This document shows positions 52,481 through 64,000 of a DNA stretch of 64,000 bases, one piece after another. The notes under the pieces were generated by a model. That model did not search any database and had not been told where the DNA came from. It was given only the letters and a program-made list of their open reading frames with translations. The stretch's first letter is position 1. The number at the start of each line of letters is the position of its first letter. Source of the stretch: Octopus sinensis (Eukaryota); assembly GCF_006345805.1 (NCBI RefSeq), contig NC_043009.1, positions 5,208,001 through 5,272,000 on the forward strand. The letters run 5' to 3'. The position numbers and the translations under genes were made by a program.

Positions 52481-53589
52481 GAATAAATAAATATATATAT
52501 ATATATATATATATATTTGTGCGTGTGTGTGTGTGTATATATACATATATATATACATATTTATATGTATGTATGCGTGTATGGTTGTGTGTGTGTATGT
52601 GTGTGTGTGTGTGTGTGTGTGTCTGTAGGTATGTAGATTGATAGATATGTAGATCGATAGACAGACGCCCAGTGGGTGTTTATTGAAATCCTGATGAGTT
52701 GGAACTCCATTCTCTTACTATTTCTTTGTCTCGAAATTCCACCTTGCTACTTATATTACAATAATATTTTCCTCTCACTTCGCCTTCACACATAAAACAC
52801 ACACACACACACGCAAAACACACATGGACACTCATACATAAAACACACGCACACACAAAAGTGCCTGCACGAAGACGTACCCATACATACAGACGCCCAT
52901 TACCATAGGTACACATACTCATAGAACTACGAAATCTTCATAAACGATCTCTCTATATCACACTCCCCTTCACTCTCTCTCAATCTCTCTCTCTCTCTCT
53001 CGCTCTGTCTCACCCTGTTGCTCTCTATTTTCCTTTCTCTACACTTAGCTATTCAATCATTATGAAGTAATTATTTGCTTTGATTTATCATTCAACATAA
53101 CACTTTGAAAGAGAAATGCATGCTGTCATAGATAAATGGATAATTTCTTTAGTACTCTCCAAAATGTTTCTTGCTAAATCTATTTAAGGCTGCGTGAGTT
53201 TCCTGTTTCATCAACTTATAAACATTGATTGATTCATTTGCGTAAACGTTTCCAAATCTTGTTACAATGAAGTGACGAAGAAAAATAAATATTTCTTTAA
53301 GTAAAGCCTTCAATTTAACCAACATCCTATATGAGAGAAGAGAAGTTATATATCTATCGCTGCCGCTATATACTTCCATTTAAATACTCACAAATTTACA
53401 TACATACACACAAATTTACATACATACACACATACATACATACATACATACATACATACATACATACATACATACATACATACATACATACATACATACA
53501 TACATACATACATACATACATACATACATACATACATACATACATACATACATGCATGCATACATACATACGTACATACATACAAAAAT

Positions 53590-53700
53590 ACCCGGTTGTT
53601 GTTCTTCAAATTCCGATGAAGGAGCGTTGGATCTAGGGTAGAATGCGGTTCTTTCTCTATCGGCAAGAAATCTTTAAACTGAATAATGACATACATATAG
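53590..53700 (+). mobile_element. Short repeat, probable Penelope-like terminal fragment; second copy inverted at ~60540-60605
   Basis: GGATCTAGG.TAGAA...GGCAAGAAATCTT...AAACTGAATAATGACATACATA shared by both copies; decayed CCGATGA...GAAAC hammerhead-like skeleton. Confidence 0.55.
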
Positions 53701-53808
53701 ACAGACATACAGACATACATGCATACACACATTTATCGACGAGTTGGTAGAATCGTTAGCACGTCGAACGAAGTGCTTAACGGCATTTCGTCCATTTTCA
53801 CACATATA

Positions 53809-53910
<102 letters not shown>

Positions 53911-53911
53911 G

Positions 53912-53942
<31 letters not shown>

Positions 53943-54599
53943 CATACACGGGTTCGTGTGTAGAAATGTGTGTGTTGTATATGAATAAATGAAAGAATGG
54001 AGTCGAACGAAGATGCTAACAAAATTCCTTTACTCTCGACACAAATTTCGATGATTGCCTACATGCTAACCAAAGCGATAATGAGTGTTTTTTTTTTAAA
54101 ATCCGTTAGAATCATTGACGTCAAAAAATGGATAGTAGGAGGAAGTAAAAATAGGTAGGGGACAGTATGTTTGCTGTATGTATGGAAATGCGTGGGTGTG
54201 TGCTTGTGTTAATGAGTGCGTGTGTTTGTGTGTGTGTATGTGTGTGTATATAACTGCATTTGTGTCTGTGTGTGTGATTGTGTGTGTGTGAGAGAGACAG
54301 ACGTCAAAGATAGGTAGTAGTAAGGGAAGATATAAAAGAGTAATAGGTAGGGAACAAGTGGAGAGGGAAGTGTACGTTGATTGAAAGAATGTTCGAAGGC
54401 TAAGGAAAGAATTTCTCTATAGCAGTGGGATGGACGTGAAGCTAATTGATGGTAACAACAATAAAGGTATTGTTGTCGGTGGTATTGCAGGTTGTAGTAC
54501 AATTAATAATACGAATAATAATAGAAATAGTGTAGTTGTTAGCGCTAATAGTAATAAAAACAACAATCATAACAATAAAAACTTCGTCTCGATCTCGGA

Positions 54600-55010
54600 G
54601 GACAACCCTAACAGAATTAAATTTTTGTCTAGTAATTCCAAAATTAAGAATTCCGTTTACCAGTGTAGAATTTCTGCCGGTACCAATGTGTTCTTCTATA
54701 TAGGAGCGTCCACTTCTCAGTTATCCAAGAGCATTTCTAACCACTATTCGACATTCAGGGATAGGAAAAACGACATAGTACAGGGCTAAGTAAATTAGTT
54801 TGGCGTCTTAAAGACAACAATATAATTACAGAGTAATCAATATAATAGTTTGATTGGTTTATATTGTCTGTATCATTTCCTTTTGATAAGGGCAGGAGAT
54901 TTTGTAACATTTATAACTCTGAGCTCTTCCATATTCTTTTCCCTAGTAAACACACTCATAGAAAATTCGTACAAATGTAAACACTGGCAGAAACACAATT
55001 TCTACTCATA
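54600..55010 (+). pseudogene. GIY-YIG endonuclease domain (Penelope-like), frameshifted
   Basis: Track ORF 54430-54789 plus hand-translated downstream frames. Confidence 0.85.
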
Positions 55011-55473
55011 TAAATGATAACGATAGTCACTGTGGTTTTAACAATTAGCTTCACGTCCACCCCACTGCTATAGAGAAATTCTTTCCTTAGCCTTCGAACA
55101 TTCTTTCAATCAACGTACACTTCCCTCTCCACTTGTTCCCTACCTATTACTCTTTTATATCTTCCCTTACTACTACCTATCTTTGACGTCTGTCTCTCTG
55201 TCACACACGCAATCACACACACAGACACAAATCCAGTTATATACACACACATACACACACACAAACACACGCACTCATTAACACAAGCACACACCCACGC
55301 ATTTCCATACATACAGCGAACATACAGTCCCCTACCTATTTTTACTTCCTCCTACTATCCATTTTTTGACGTCAATGCTTCTAACGGATTTTTAAAAAGA
55401 AACACTCATTATCGCTTTGGTTACCATGTAGGCAATCATCGAAATTTTTGTTTGTCTTGTTCTCGAGAGAGGC

Positions 55474-55569
55474 TCCTTTTCTTTCCTGATGAGGAGATTG
55501 CATAATGCACCCTTTATTCCTTCGGAATGAAAATATGCTGTCTTCGAAACATGTGTCGAGAGTAAAGGA
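55474..55569 (+). ncRNA. Type I hammerhead ribozyme, complete core
   Basis: CTGATGA 55486-55492; stem II 55493-55504 / 55534-55545 (11 of 12 paired); GAAA 55546-55549; AC-ATGT-GT stem III; GTC cleavage triplet (C 55557); stem I 55474-55485 / 55558-55569 (11 of 12 paired). Confidence 0.88.
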
Positions 55570-55634
55570 ATTTTGTTAACATCTTCGTTCGACTCCATTC
55601 TTTCATTCATATATATATATATATATATATATAT

Positions 55635-55772
55635 ACCGGAGTAAACACATAAATGTGAAACAATGTGGAAAAAAGAGTACTCAAATACCAGTGGTAGAGT
55701 AATATGCTTTATTTAAAGCAGCAGAAAAAATTCAATAAAATCTGTTACTCTGAGTTTCTCGTTGCCGTTCAT
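55635..55772 (-). mobile_element. Penelope-like terminal repeat fragment, inverted partner of 56585-56663
   Basis: Reverse complement ATGAACGGCAACGAGAAACTCAGAGTAACAGATTTT...GCTGCTTTAAATAAAG nearly identical to 56600-56663. Confidence 0.7.
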
Positions 55773-56584
55773 ATACGAAAGACATATGTCTTTCGTATAT
55801 ATTTTTTATTATTGCACCCATTTCTTAAAAAAAAGCAATGTTATCAAAAATTAGAATTTTTTATATATGTGTATAGCCATGGATATGTATTTGTAAGCAT
55901 GCGTATCTGTGTATGTGTAAGTGGACGTATGTTTGTGCGTAAGCACACATATACACGACTGTATGTGTATGTATCCATTCGAGCTTGTGTATTTGTATAC
56001 ATGTCTCCAAACATGTCAATAATGCCGTTACATAGCTTGTATACATAATTTTTCTTATTTCGTTTTTTTCCCCCTTCTTCGTTCCTTTTTCTCTCTCTTC
56101 CTTTCTTTCGTCCCCCCCTTACTCAGTATATGAGAATCGCTACATAGATGATTTTAAATTGCGTGCGAGGCGGATTGCGTAAATATATGTACGCATGCAT
56201 TTATGTGTATATTTCAGATTTATATTTATACGTCTGTATATGTATGACGTTTGCACGCATCCTTCTGTGTATGTTGATATATATATGTACACGTTAACAT
56301 AAATATGTATTGCAGTGTAATATTTATAATAGGTTTAATTTCTAAGCTTTAATTATACTTTCTTCATTAATGTCAATATGTATTTTATTCTATGTAAGGT
56401 TTTTTCCTCGAATTTTATAATTTTTATAAGTTTTTATATATATATACATATATTTTTGAACTTTTTGTTTATCGCTCGAAGATTGACCGTTTTTTTCTAA
56501 AGGGCCAATCAAACAAGTCCATTTCTTTTTAAAGGTGTAGCGTTTGTAAGAGTCTAGATCGAATTGATATATCGGTTCCATTCT

Positions 56585-56638
56585 AGCAAAAACTGTCTGA
56601 TGAACGGCAACGAGAAACTCAGAGTAACAGATTTTGTT
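56585..56638 (+). ncRNA. Minimal type I hammerhead ribozyme motif (stem II closing pair mismatched)
   Basis: CTGATGA 56597-56603; A-CG-GCAA-CG-A; GAAA; ACTC-A-GAGT palindromic stem III; GTA triplet (A 56626); stem I AGCAAAAACTGT / ACAGATTTTGTT (11 of 12 paired). Confidence 0.7.
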
Positions 56639-56663
56639 GAATTTTCTGCTGCTTTAAATAAAG

Positions 56664-56774
<111 letters not shown>

Positions 56775-56836
56775 CATACACGCACATACATACATATATC
56801 GATATACATACATACACGCACACACACATATATTTA

Positions 56837-57790
56837 CTAACAGAAATACCCGGCGTTGGGCAGGTTAAATAAAGTAAAGAAATTTTTAAACGACATCTAG
56901 AGTACGCTGGTCTCAACTGCTAGTAGCTGAAATACGAACTGTTTCTTCATTAATAGCTCTTCAGCTCACGCCAGCATGGATCATAGATATTACGTAAACG
57001 TTTTAAAAAAAAATTCAACTCATATATGTATATAAATTAAATACAGGTAATTCAAAAATACGCTTTGTGTAGCTTATTTCGTAACCGAAAAACAGATACA
57101 GATTATAAACAATGAAAGGTCGATTTCGGGGATTCGTTTCACAGAGACTGTAGAGAGCCAATCCGATGGTTAACTCTGACCTAGGATCTTGAAACTTTGC
57201 ATGAATCCCGCTTAGTTATGTCTACTTGTGGCGCCAAATGATGTCATCTGAAGTGCAGCGTTGTGTTGTCTAATTTTGTTGTGGAAGTGCTTGAAATCAT
57301 AGTTATTTGATGGCAGCAGTTTTTTAAATGTCTTTAGAGTTTGGGGGAGTTTAACCTTTCTACCTCTATAACACAGTGCAGGTGTCTCTACAGACCACTT
57401 CCTTGCTTTACAATGTATGCACTCAGTTGTCATTGCACCAATGGAAACTCTAGTGGCATCTGCATAATGAACTGCTGGATCATAATTGAAAGCTGCTTCA
57501 TAGAATTTGCTTCTCTGAGCTGTTGCAACTGCTCTTTGTTCCGAGGTGCAGATTCTATTCCTCGTCAGCCGTCTATAGCTCTTTTCATCACTTTGAAATG
57601 CTCTGGCTTTTGTAGTGCACAGTCCGTTTGTTTCTTGGCATGCTTCCTTTTCTTCAGTTGTCCCTCTTTCCCTGGACAGACACCTTCTTTTGGCTGACCA
57701 TGATATTTTAGACAAATCTGACACTTTCCTTCCCGCTATGGTCATATACGTATACAGAAATACACGGGTGCAGAAGATAGTAAACAATGA
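56837..57790 (-). mobile_element. Internally deleted Helitron: RepHel N-terminal remnant plus 3' terminus
   Basis: AFNYDP...IGAM...CIHCKARK...GRKVKLP...HFHNKIRQHNAALQMTSFGA, then GFMQSFKILGQ..HRIGSL; degenerate subterminal hairpin 56848-56865 and TTAG (from CTAG) followed by T. 5' end not located. Confidence 0.85.
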
Positions 57791-59060
57791 AAATAATTAT
57801 ATTTCCTAATACGACAGGCAGAAATGAAATAAGAAATTATAATAGAAAATAAAGAATTGCATGGGTTGAAGTGAAATTTTCACTTTGAACTTTGCAATTA
57901 CATTCATTCTCAACAAAAAGGTTCTCAGTATATTACAGCCGTAAATTTTAGAAGCGAAGCCTGCCCATTTCTTATGCGAATTCTGTTCAAGTACTTCCTT
58001 AGAGTATATAATATTTTATATTTTCCAGTTGAGAGACGTTTCGATATATAATATGAATTTTAAAACCCTCCTCTCATGTGAGACAAATTGTACTCTTTGT
58101 AAATAGCGTTTACTAAAATATACATTTTGTTATCTTTTGAGACAAGTTATCTTTACGAGAAACTGTCTGTGGCAGAGAATTGTAGCTTCTCTGTCTCAAA
58201 CTGAGGATATTCAAAATTTAGAGATTAAGATCTTAACGAACGTTCATTTACTTCTTTGTTTTGTTAGTTTTGCCTTCTTAATATTTATATACTTTTTTTC
58301 CAAACTGTATGAAAAAATATTGGATGGAAAATCAATGTTTGACACATATTCTGTAAAATAAACTGCCGTTGAGTAAAATATATATTAACGAACATAATTT
58401 AAAACATAAACATTAAACTACGTCATGAACAAACACACCAGCAATAACAAAAACAATGACAAAATGAGCAAGGACAAGAGTCGGAATTTATGAACGAATG
58501 CATACCATTTTTAAAGTATCCTCACACACACACATATACACACAACACACAACACATACATCTGTGCGTGTGTGTGCACGCGCCAGATATTTCATACAGA
58601 GTAATCAATCACGTTTGACGGTCAAATGGAATAACATCGAAATGGGTAAGCTAGGTTTAGTATGTTGTTGCTCATGGCATCGAAGAAAGATATTTCTCCA
58701 ACTGAATGCCAGATGTACTCGACATTATTCTCTTTCAACTTGTTTGTTTAGTATAAGTACTAAATGACAGTTAAGCCTCTCACAACCTTCACCAAAAACA
58801 AGTCATCAATAATGGAAGGCGATAAAATAACATCCGAATGACAAAATTTGCTGTTTTGACTGATGACTTAACTTGATGTCATTCTCTACATTTACGTTAC
58901 ATAAAATTGTTTTAGTCTACATCGAACTAGTTAGGGCCACATAGATGAATTTCAGAGTTACTCTAAGTATTATCTTATATAGTCGCTCTCAACCAAAGTC
59001 TATATGGTCCTGAGGGTCCATATGAGATTTTTGGATGTCTACAGAAAAAAAAAATAATAA

Positions 59061-59630
59061 TATTGGATTGTCAGGAAAGCCCGTGCCGAGTTGTAGTAGC
59101 TTACCTTTCGACTTATTTTAGAACAAGGTTGATTCCATAAAATAGGGGATTTGACTACACCTCCATTTAGAGGAGAGTTTAAGCTATCTTTTCGTGAAAG
59201 AAAGTTTATTTCCTATAACCTGTGTTAATTCTGTAAACCTTTAAAATAGAAGATAAGAAAGATCATTTTCGGAAGTTGATACTTTGGGAACCAGAGAAAA
59301 ATTCCTGCAGCTCGACTGGGATGTGTTACCCCCGTCTTCTATATTCACCAGATATTGCTCCTTCGGATTTCCACTTACTCAGGTCTCTGCAGAATAGTTT
59401 TAATAATAAAAATTTCAATTCCTTGATGACATAAAAAATATACCTTAATGAATTCTTTGCCATGAAACCACCTCAATTCTGGGAAGAGGGTATTTTCAAG
59501 TTAAAGGAAAGATGGAGACGCATTGTGCAACAAAATGTTTCATATTTTGTTGATTAAAAATATAATGGCAAGTATTTATTGACCTTTTTCTTTCCTCTAA
59601 AAATCAGCACCAACTTTCCGGACAACCCAA
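59061..59630 (+). mobile_element. Internally deleted mariner (mellifera-like subfamily)
   Basis: TIRs TATTGGATTGTCAGGAAAGCCCGTGCCGA and ATCAGCACCAACTTTCCGGACAACCCAA; C-terminus LQLDWDVLPRLLYSPDIAPSDFHLLRSLQNS...KERWRRIVQQN. The subfamily call is from recall. Confidence 0.9.
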
Positions 59631-59954
59631 TGATATTCGCATTTTGTTTTTCAAATACAGTTGAACTTTTCCGCCTCGATGCAGTTCGGCAGGCAAATTC
59701 TACTCTAAATCGCACACATTTTTAAGACAAAAATATAATTATGATATAAACCAATAATAATAATATATAAGTACCACACTGTACATTTATGGATGATAAT
59801 AACGAGATTTTGTAATGTTCACGTTTTTGTCTTTTCTTTTCACAAAGGATTTGGCTTAAAAGAAAAGAAAAAGTTGCTGCAACCCGAATAAAAAAAGACT
59901 GATTTGTTTGGTATATTTCCAGAAGCTTATAATAAAAACTGTAGTGAGCTCTAA

Positions 59955-59988
59955 AAAAATCGGCACGAACTTTCCGGACAACCCAATA
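59955..59988 (-). mobile_element. Solo third mariner TIR
   Basis: AAAATCGGCACGAACTTTCCGGACAACCCAATA, same orientation as the right TIR at 59600-59630. Confidence 0.85.
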
Positions 59989-60787
59989 ATAATACACTAA
60001 GAATTCACAATATTGTTTTAAGGGTCTGTAAAAAGATTTTGCTTTAGACGTATTTATTAGTATGCATTGCAAGAATCAGCTGAGTATATGTGAAAAACAA
60101 AAGAGGAAATTTGAAAGAATGTTCTATTAAACTAGATTTTAAACATCGAAGGTCTAGGTGGGGTGTCCGCCAGAGAAAAATTTTGATGAAAGGAGTGCAT
60201 AGATAAACAATGGTTGAGAATCCCTGATCTAGTACATCAAACCGATGGCATCAATATACTTCAAATACGTGTATAGTTTAGTAGGACTAAGTCAGAGAGC
60301 TAGTAGTAGATCAGTAACCAATAAGCAAAGTGAAAATCATCAGAGTTAGTAAATAGAAAATCTTATGTTCGATCGAAAAGCATCTCAGAAGCAGGCAAAT
60401 CAAAGGGAAGCGCCCTTAAATGAATCTATCATACACCTTGAAGATGTAAAGGGGAAACAACAGTTAACACTCTCAAAATATATTTCTCTTAATGTATGAA
60501 TTTGTAATTAAGTATGTTTGTATCTATTATCTATGTATGTCATTATTCAGTTTATTTCAAGATTTCTTGCCAACAGAGAAAACTGGTTTCTAACCTAGAT
60601 CCACATATATATATATATATGTGTGTGTGTGTGAGGAGTTTGTGTGTATGTATGTATATGTATATATATATATATATATTATATATATATATATATATAT
60701 AAACACACAACATGCACACAACACACCCCCATATATATATATAATATAATATATATATATGTATGTCTCTATTTTCATATGTATGTA

Positions 60788-60960
60788 TGTGGCTGCCTGA
60801 TAAGAAGCTTGCTTCCTATGCGTGACAGCTAGGGTAACTGTCTTCTACTATAGCCCCAGGCAGGACCCACCAGTGCCTAGTGAGTGCAGTAAGTAGACCG
60901 GAACTGGAAGAACTCCGACGAATATAAACTTGTTTCTTTTTCTGTGTTATACCCCCTCCC
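60788..60960 (+). mobile_element. Degenerate, deleted SINE family C
   Basis: GTGGCTG...AAGAAGCTTGCTTCC...GTCTTCTACTATAGCCCC...GTAGACCGGAACTGGAAGAA. Confidence 0.65.
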
Positions 60961-60991
60961 CATCGCTAGGCAACAAACTTACGCACACATC

Positions 60992-61038
<47 letters not shown>

Positions 61039-61258
61039 GCGTGTACATATCCACATAACTGGAGCAAAACCCCTTGATACATTTGTTCTTTCCCGAGCCC
61101 GACACTCCCCTTGTTTCTGCTGTCAACAGAAAGGCAGTGAACCAGTAATTGGTCTGTTGAAAATCTGAAACCAACGCTCGCTATTTATTGCTATAAGAAA
61201 TCTATAGAGTAAAAAGAGATATAAATATGAAGAGAACAACAGAGATTATATTTTTGCG

Positions 61259-61293
<35 letters not shown>

Positions 61294-61335
61294 GTAGGTA
61301 TATATATATGTGTGTGATATATACATAATATATAT

Positions 61336-61429
<94 letters not shown>

Positions 61430-62158
61430 TCTATATTATATCGTACATAGTATACAAGAATACAAGAGGCAACAGCTGTACTCAGTAATTACTGCACACA
61501 TACTTCAAAAATAAATAATAAAATATGTATTAACGCAGGAAAATGCGTCAAAACCACTATAAGAATAGACCAATCAATAACCATTCATAGAATTAAATGA
61601 GATTTATATTCTGCAATCAAAGAGTCAAAAACAGTCTTATAACGATATGTAGTCGCAGATGAAATAGATAATAGAGAAAATGAAAAATTTGAAGAGAAAA
61701 TTAGGAAAGATAATAACATCTGGTGAACCAGAGGAATATTAAAGATGGAACTTAACTGAATATAACCAAAATAGATAATATGAATAAATACATTAGTTAT
61801 CCTAGTCACAAACTGAAGGTTCAATATAAAGAATTTGTTGTTAAGCCAAGCTACGAATTTCAATGGAAAAACAAGAAACAAATATATGCGTACCCAATCC
61901 ATCATTTCTTGTATGATGGTGTTATAATGTATCTATCTCACATGCAGACGTATACTAAGAGAGAAAACAATGCGGAAATATTATGAAGCAGATAAGTGCA
62001 TGTATGATAAGACGGAAGAATATTCATTCCATAAGTTTTGAGACTCTTTCAGGAGAAACACTTAGGCATCTCGAAGAAGTACAAAGCCCTTCTAGTTTGA
62101 TTCAAAGTAGGATCTTCTGACTTCAATGTACGTCCTAATGTGGTCCAGTTACTTCATG

Positions 62159-62464
62159 TGGAGGCACATGGCCTAGTGGTTAGAGCAGCGGACTCGCGGT
62201 CGAGAGATCGCGGGTTCGAATCTCAGACCGGGCGATGTGTGTGTTTATGAGCAAAACACCTAAGCCCCACGCGGCTCCGGCAGAAGTTAATAGCGAAACT
62301 TCTGCTGACTCTTTCGCCACAACTTTCTCTCACTCTTTCCTCCTGCATCTTGCAGCTCACCTGTGACGGACCGGCGTCCCGTTCAGGTGGGCAACCTATC
62401 CACCAAGAAACCGGGAAACCGGCCCTTATGAGCCGGGCATGGTTCGAGAAGGAACAAACAACAA
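62159..62464 (+). mobile_element. SINE family B, full length, young, 13-bp TSD, (CAA)n tail
   Basis: Intact A box (GGCCTAGTGGTTAG) and B box (GGTTCGAATC); TSD CAGTTACTTCATG at 62146-62158 and 62465-62477. Confidence 0.95.
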
Positions 62465-62489
62465 CAGTTACTTCATGAATGCTCTATAG

Positions 62490-62600
62490 AAGTCTAAAAC
62501 CTTTATCCCATCCTCCGTCATCTTTTCTTTTAGCTTGGGGAAAAAATATCACAGGGAATTCTAAGGAGTGTAAGGGATAGTTCTGAGGTCCATCCTTCTG
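62490..62600 (-). mobile_element. Possible decayed mariner transposase fragment
   Basis: Broken PCD-FFPKLKEKM (cf. APCDFFLFPKLK) across frameshifts. Confidence 0.35.
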
Positions 62601-63220
62601 AAGTCGTCGGTGAAGTGGATGAAATTGCTCACTAGATAATAGCCCTGTTGGTGGTGTTATGGCCACAGTTTTATGACTGAAAAAATTATTTACATTACAT
62701 TTTGCTGACGACTACGAGCTAGTCAATGCGTTGTTCTACAGTAGGTTACTGAGTACCAAAGAATTTAACCCTGTATTACATTTAGAACGTAGTGTCTGCG
62801 GGCCAAGTAAGTGCTGTTAAGAAAATAACAGAAATGGGACTATAATATTATTTCATTTCCTCTAAAAAAATAAAATACTTGCATTCTATTTCATATGTTT
62901 TTTTCTACACCAAAAGGCGTTGACAAGAAATAGAATAGCACTGGATTCGTACATGCCCAAAGTATGAGGAAGTAATATTCAAATACAGAAAAAAATAAAT
63001 TCACAGAGAGATAAACAATTTTCAACAGAAAATAAACTGAAAAAGAAAAAAGAAAAACCACGACAGAAGCAGGAACGCAGTTTCAGCTACTCACATTTCA
63101 ACACAGAAAGCGCAAATTTGCTGAATATCCATAAAAATTGTGACAACAATTAGAGCGGTAACAACGGTTGCAGCAGCCAAGACAGCAGCACTTAGAACAG
63201 CAGCTGCAACAACAGTTTTA

Positions 63221-63420
63221 GTGGAGACGCAATGGCTCAGTGGCTAGGGCAGCGGACTCGCGGTTGTAAGAGCGCGGTTTCGATTCCCAGACCGGGCATC
63301 GTGAGTGTTTATTGACCAAAGTCACCTAAGCTCTACAAGGCTCCGGCGGGGAAGAGGGGTGAGCCCCGCTGTACTCTTTCACCACAACTTTCTTTCAATC
63401 TTTCTTCCCACTTCTGTCAC
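63221..63420 (+). mobile_element. SINE family B-related, 3'-truncated
   Basis: GGCTCAGTGGCTAGGGCAGCGGACTCGCGG head, GGTTTCGATTCC B box, CACCTAAGCTC body. Confidence 0.8.
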
Positions 63421-63691
63421 AAAGCAGAGGAACCATGGTGTAACCTACTATGGTGTGGTAAACTTTCAGTCCCTAGTCTATATTATGAATCCTCTGTAAC
63501 CCAGGATGGTTCAGTTCTCCACTCGTCAAAAGCCACCGTTTACGGAATGAGGATAACAATGTAGCTTTCGCGCCCGTGCAACCGCCAGTCTATCGCGTGT
63601 GGTGGGTGGATCTTCAGGTTGCCACACACATTCTTAGAGTAGGCTCGAATTAGAGATTATTCTTTGTGGCTAATGGCGTGAGTCCTGATTG

Positions 63692-63748
63692 GAAGAAGAA
63701 GAAGAAGAAGAAGAAGAAGAAGAAGAAGAAGAAGAAGAAGAGAAGAAG
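63692..63748. repeat. (GAA)n microsatellite
   Basis: Direct. Confidence 0.95.
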
Positions 63749-64000
63749 TAATACATGTAAGATATTAACGGAAGTTTCCAAATATAATCTCTTTTCAAAT
63801 ATGTTATAAATTGAAGGGTTGGTATATGGAAAGAAGACAACGGAATGTTACAAACGCATGACCTTTCTTGTTCAAGAAACTTAACTAAAAATGGAAGATA
63901 TATGACCATGTAGCATCCATTCATGAAGATTAGAATTCTTTTATGCGTAATTATAAAACAGAAAATTCTAGACGATGTATGAGAAAAGTTCTTCTACTGA

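Larger units (their letters stand above)
53989..55610 (+). mobile_element. Penelope-like element relic: inverted arm (53989-54448), GIY-YIG remnant, 3' pseudo-LTR (55042-55610)
   Basis: Arms are reverse complements with scattered mismatches; inner region encodes SVYQC...FYIGAST...NHYSTF / RHSTGLSKLVWRLKDNNI...FCN...KCKH, the PLE GIY-YIG pattern. Confidence 0.88.

Noticed and set aside
60210-60235. hAT-like terminal motif GGTTGAGAATCCCTG
   Set aside because: No matching opposite TIR or TSD found.
61585-61986. 106-aa minus and 68-aa plus ORFs
   Set aside because: AT-rich, no recognisable motifs, adjacent frames full of stops.

Overview
AT-rich, microsatellite-dense eukaryotic DNA made almost entirely of transposable elements and simple repeats. 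I could not support any host protein-coding exon, rRNA, functional tRNA or CRISPR array. The SINE families look like those I recall from Octopus/cephalopod genomes (inference, not verifiable here). Contents: three tRNA-derived SINE families (called A, B and C here, about 20 copies); a near full-length CR1/L2-group LINE (26.46-31.1 kb, minus) whose ORF1 combines a Myb/SANT-like (trihelix) domain, polyQ and two CCCH zinc fingers, with a U-UUU-UUA slippery site in the ORF1/ORF2 overlap; several other CR1/L2, RTE and R4/Dong LINE fragments; a (TAA)n-linked train of retroelements (44.4-47.5 kb); a Merlin-like MITE with telomeric repeats; mariner relics; a Helitron relic; and a Penelope-like cluster (53.6-56.7 kb) with a GIY-YIG relic between ~460-bp inverted arms and two type I hammerhead ribozyme motifs. 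Coordinates and translations outside the supplied ORF track were read by hand, so element boundaries are approximate.
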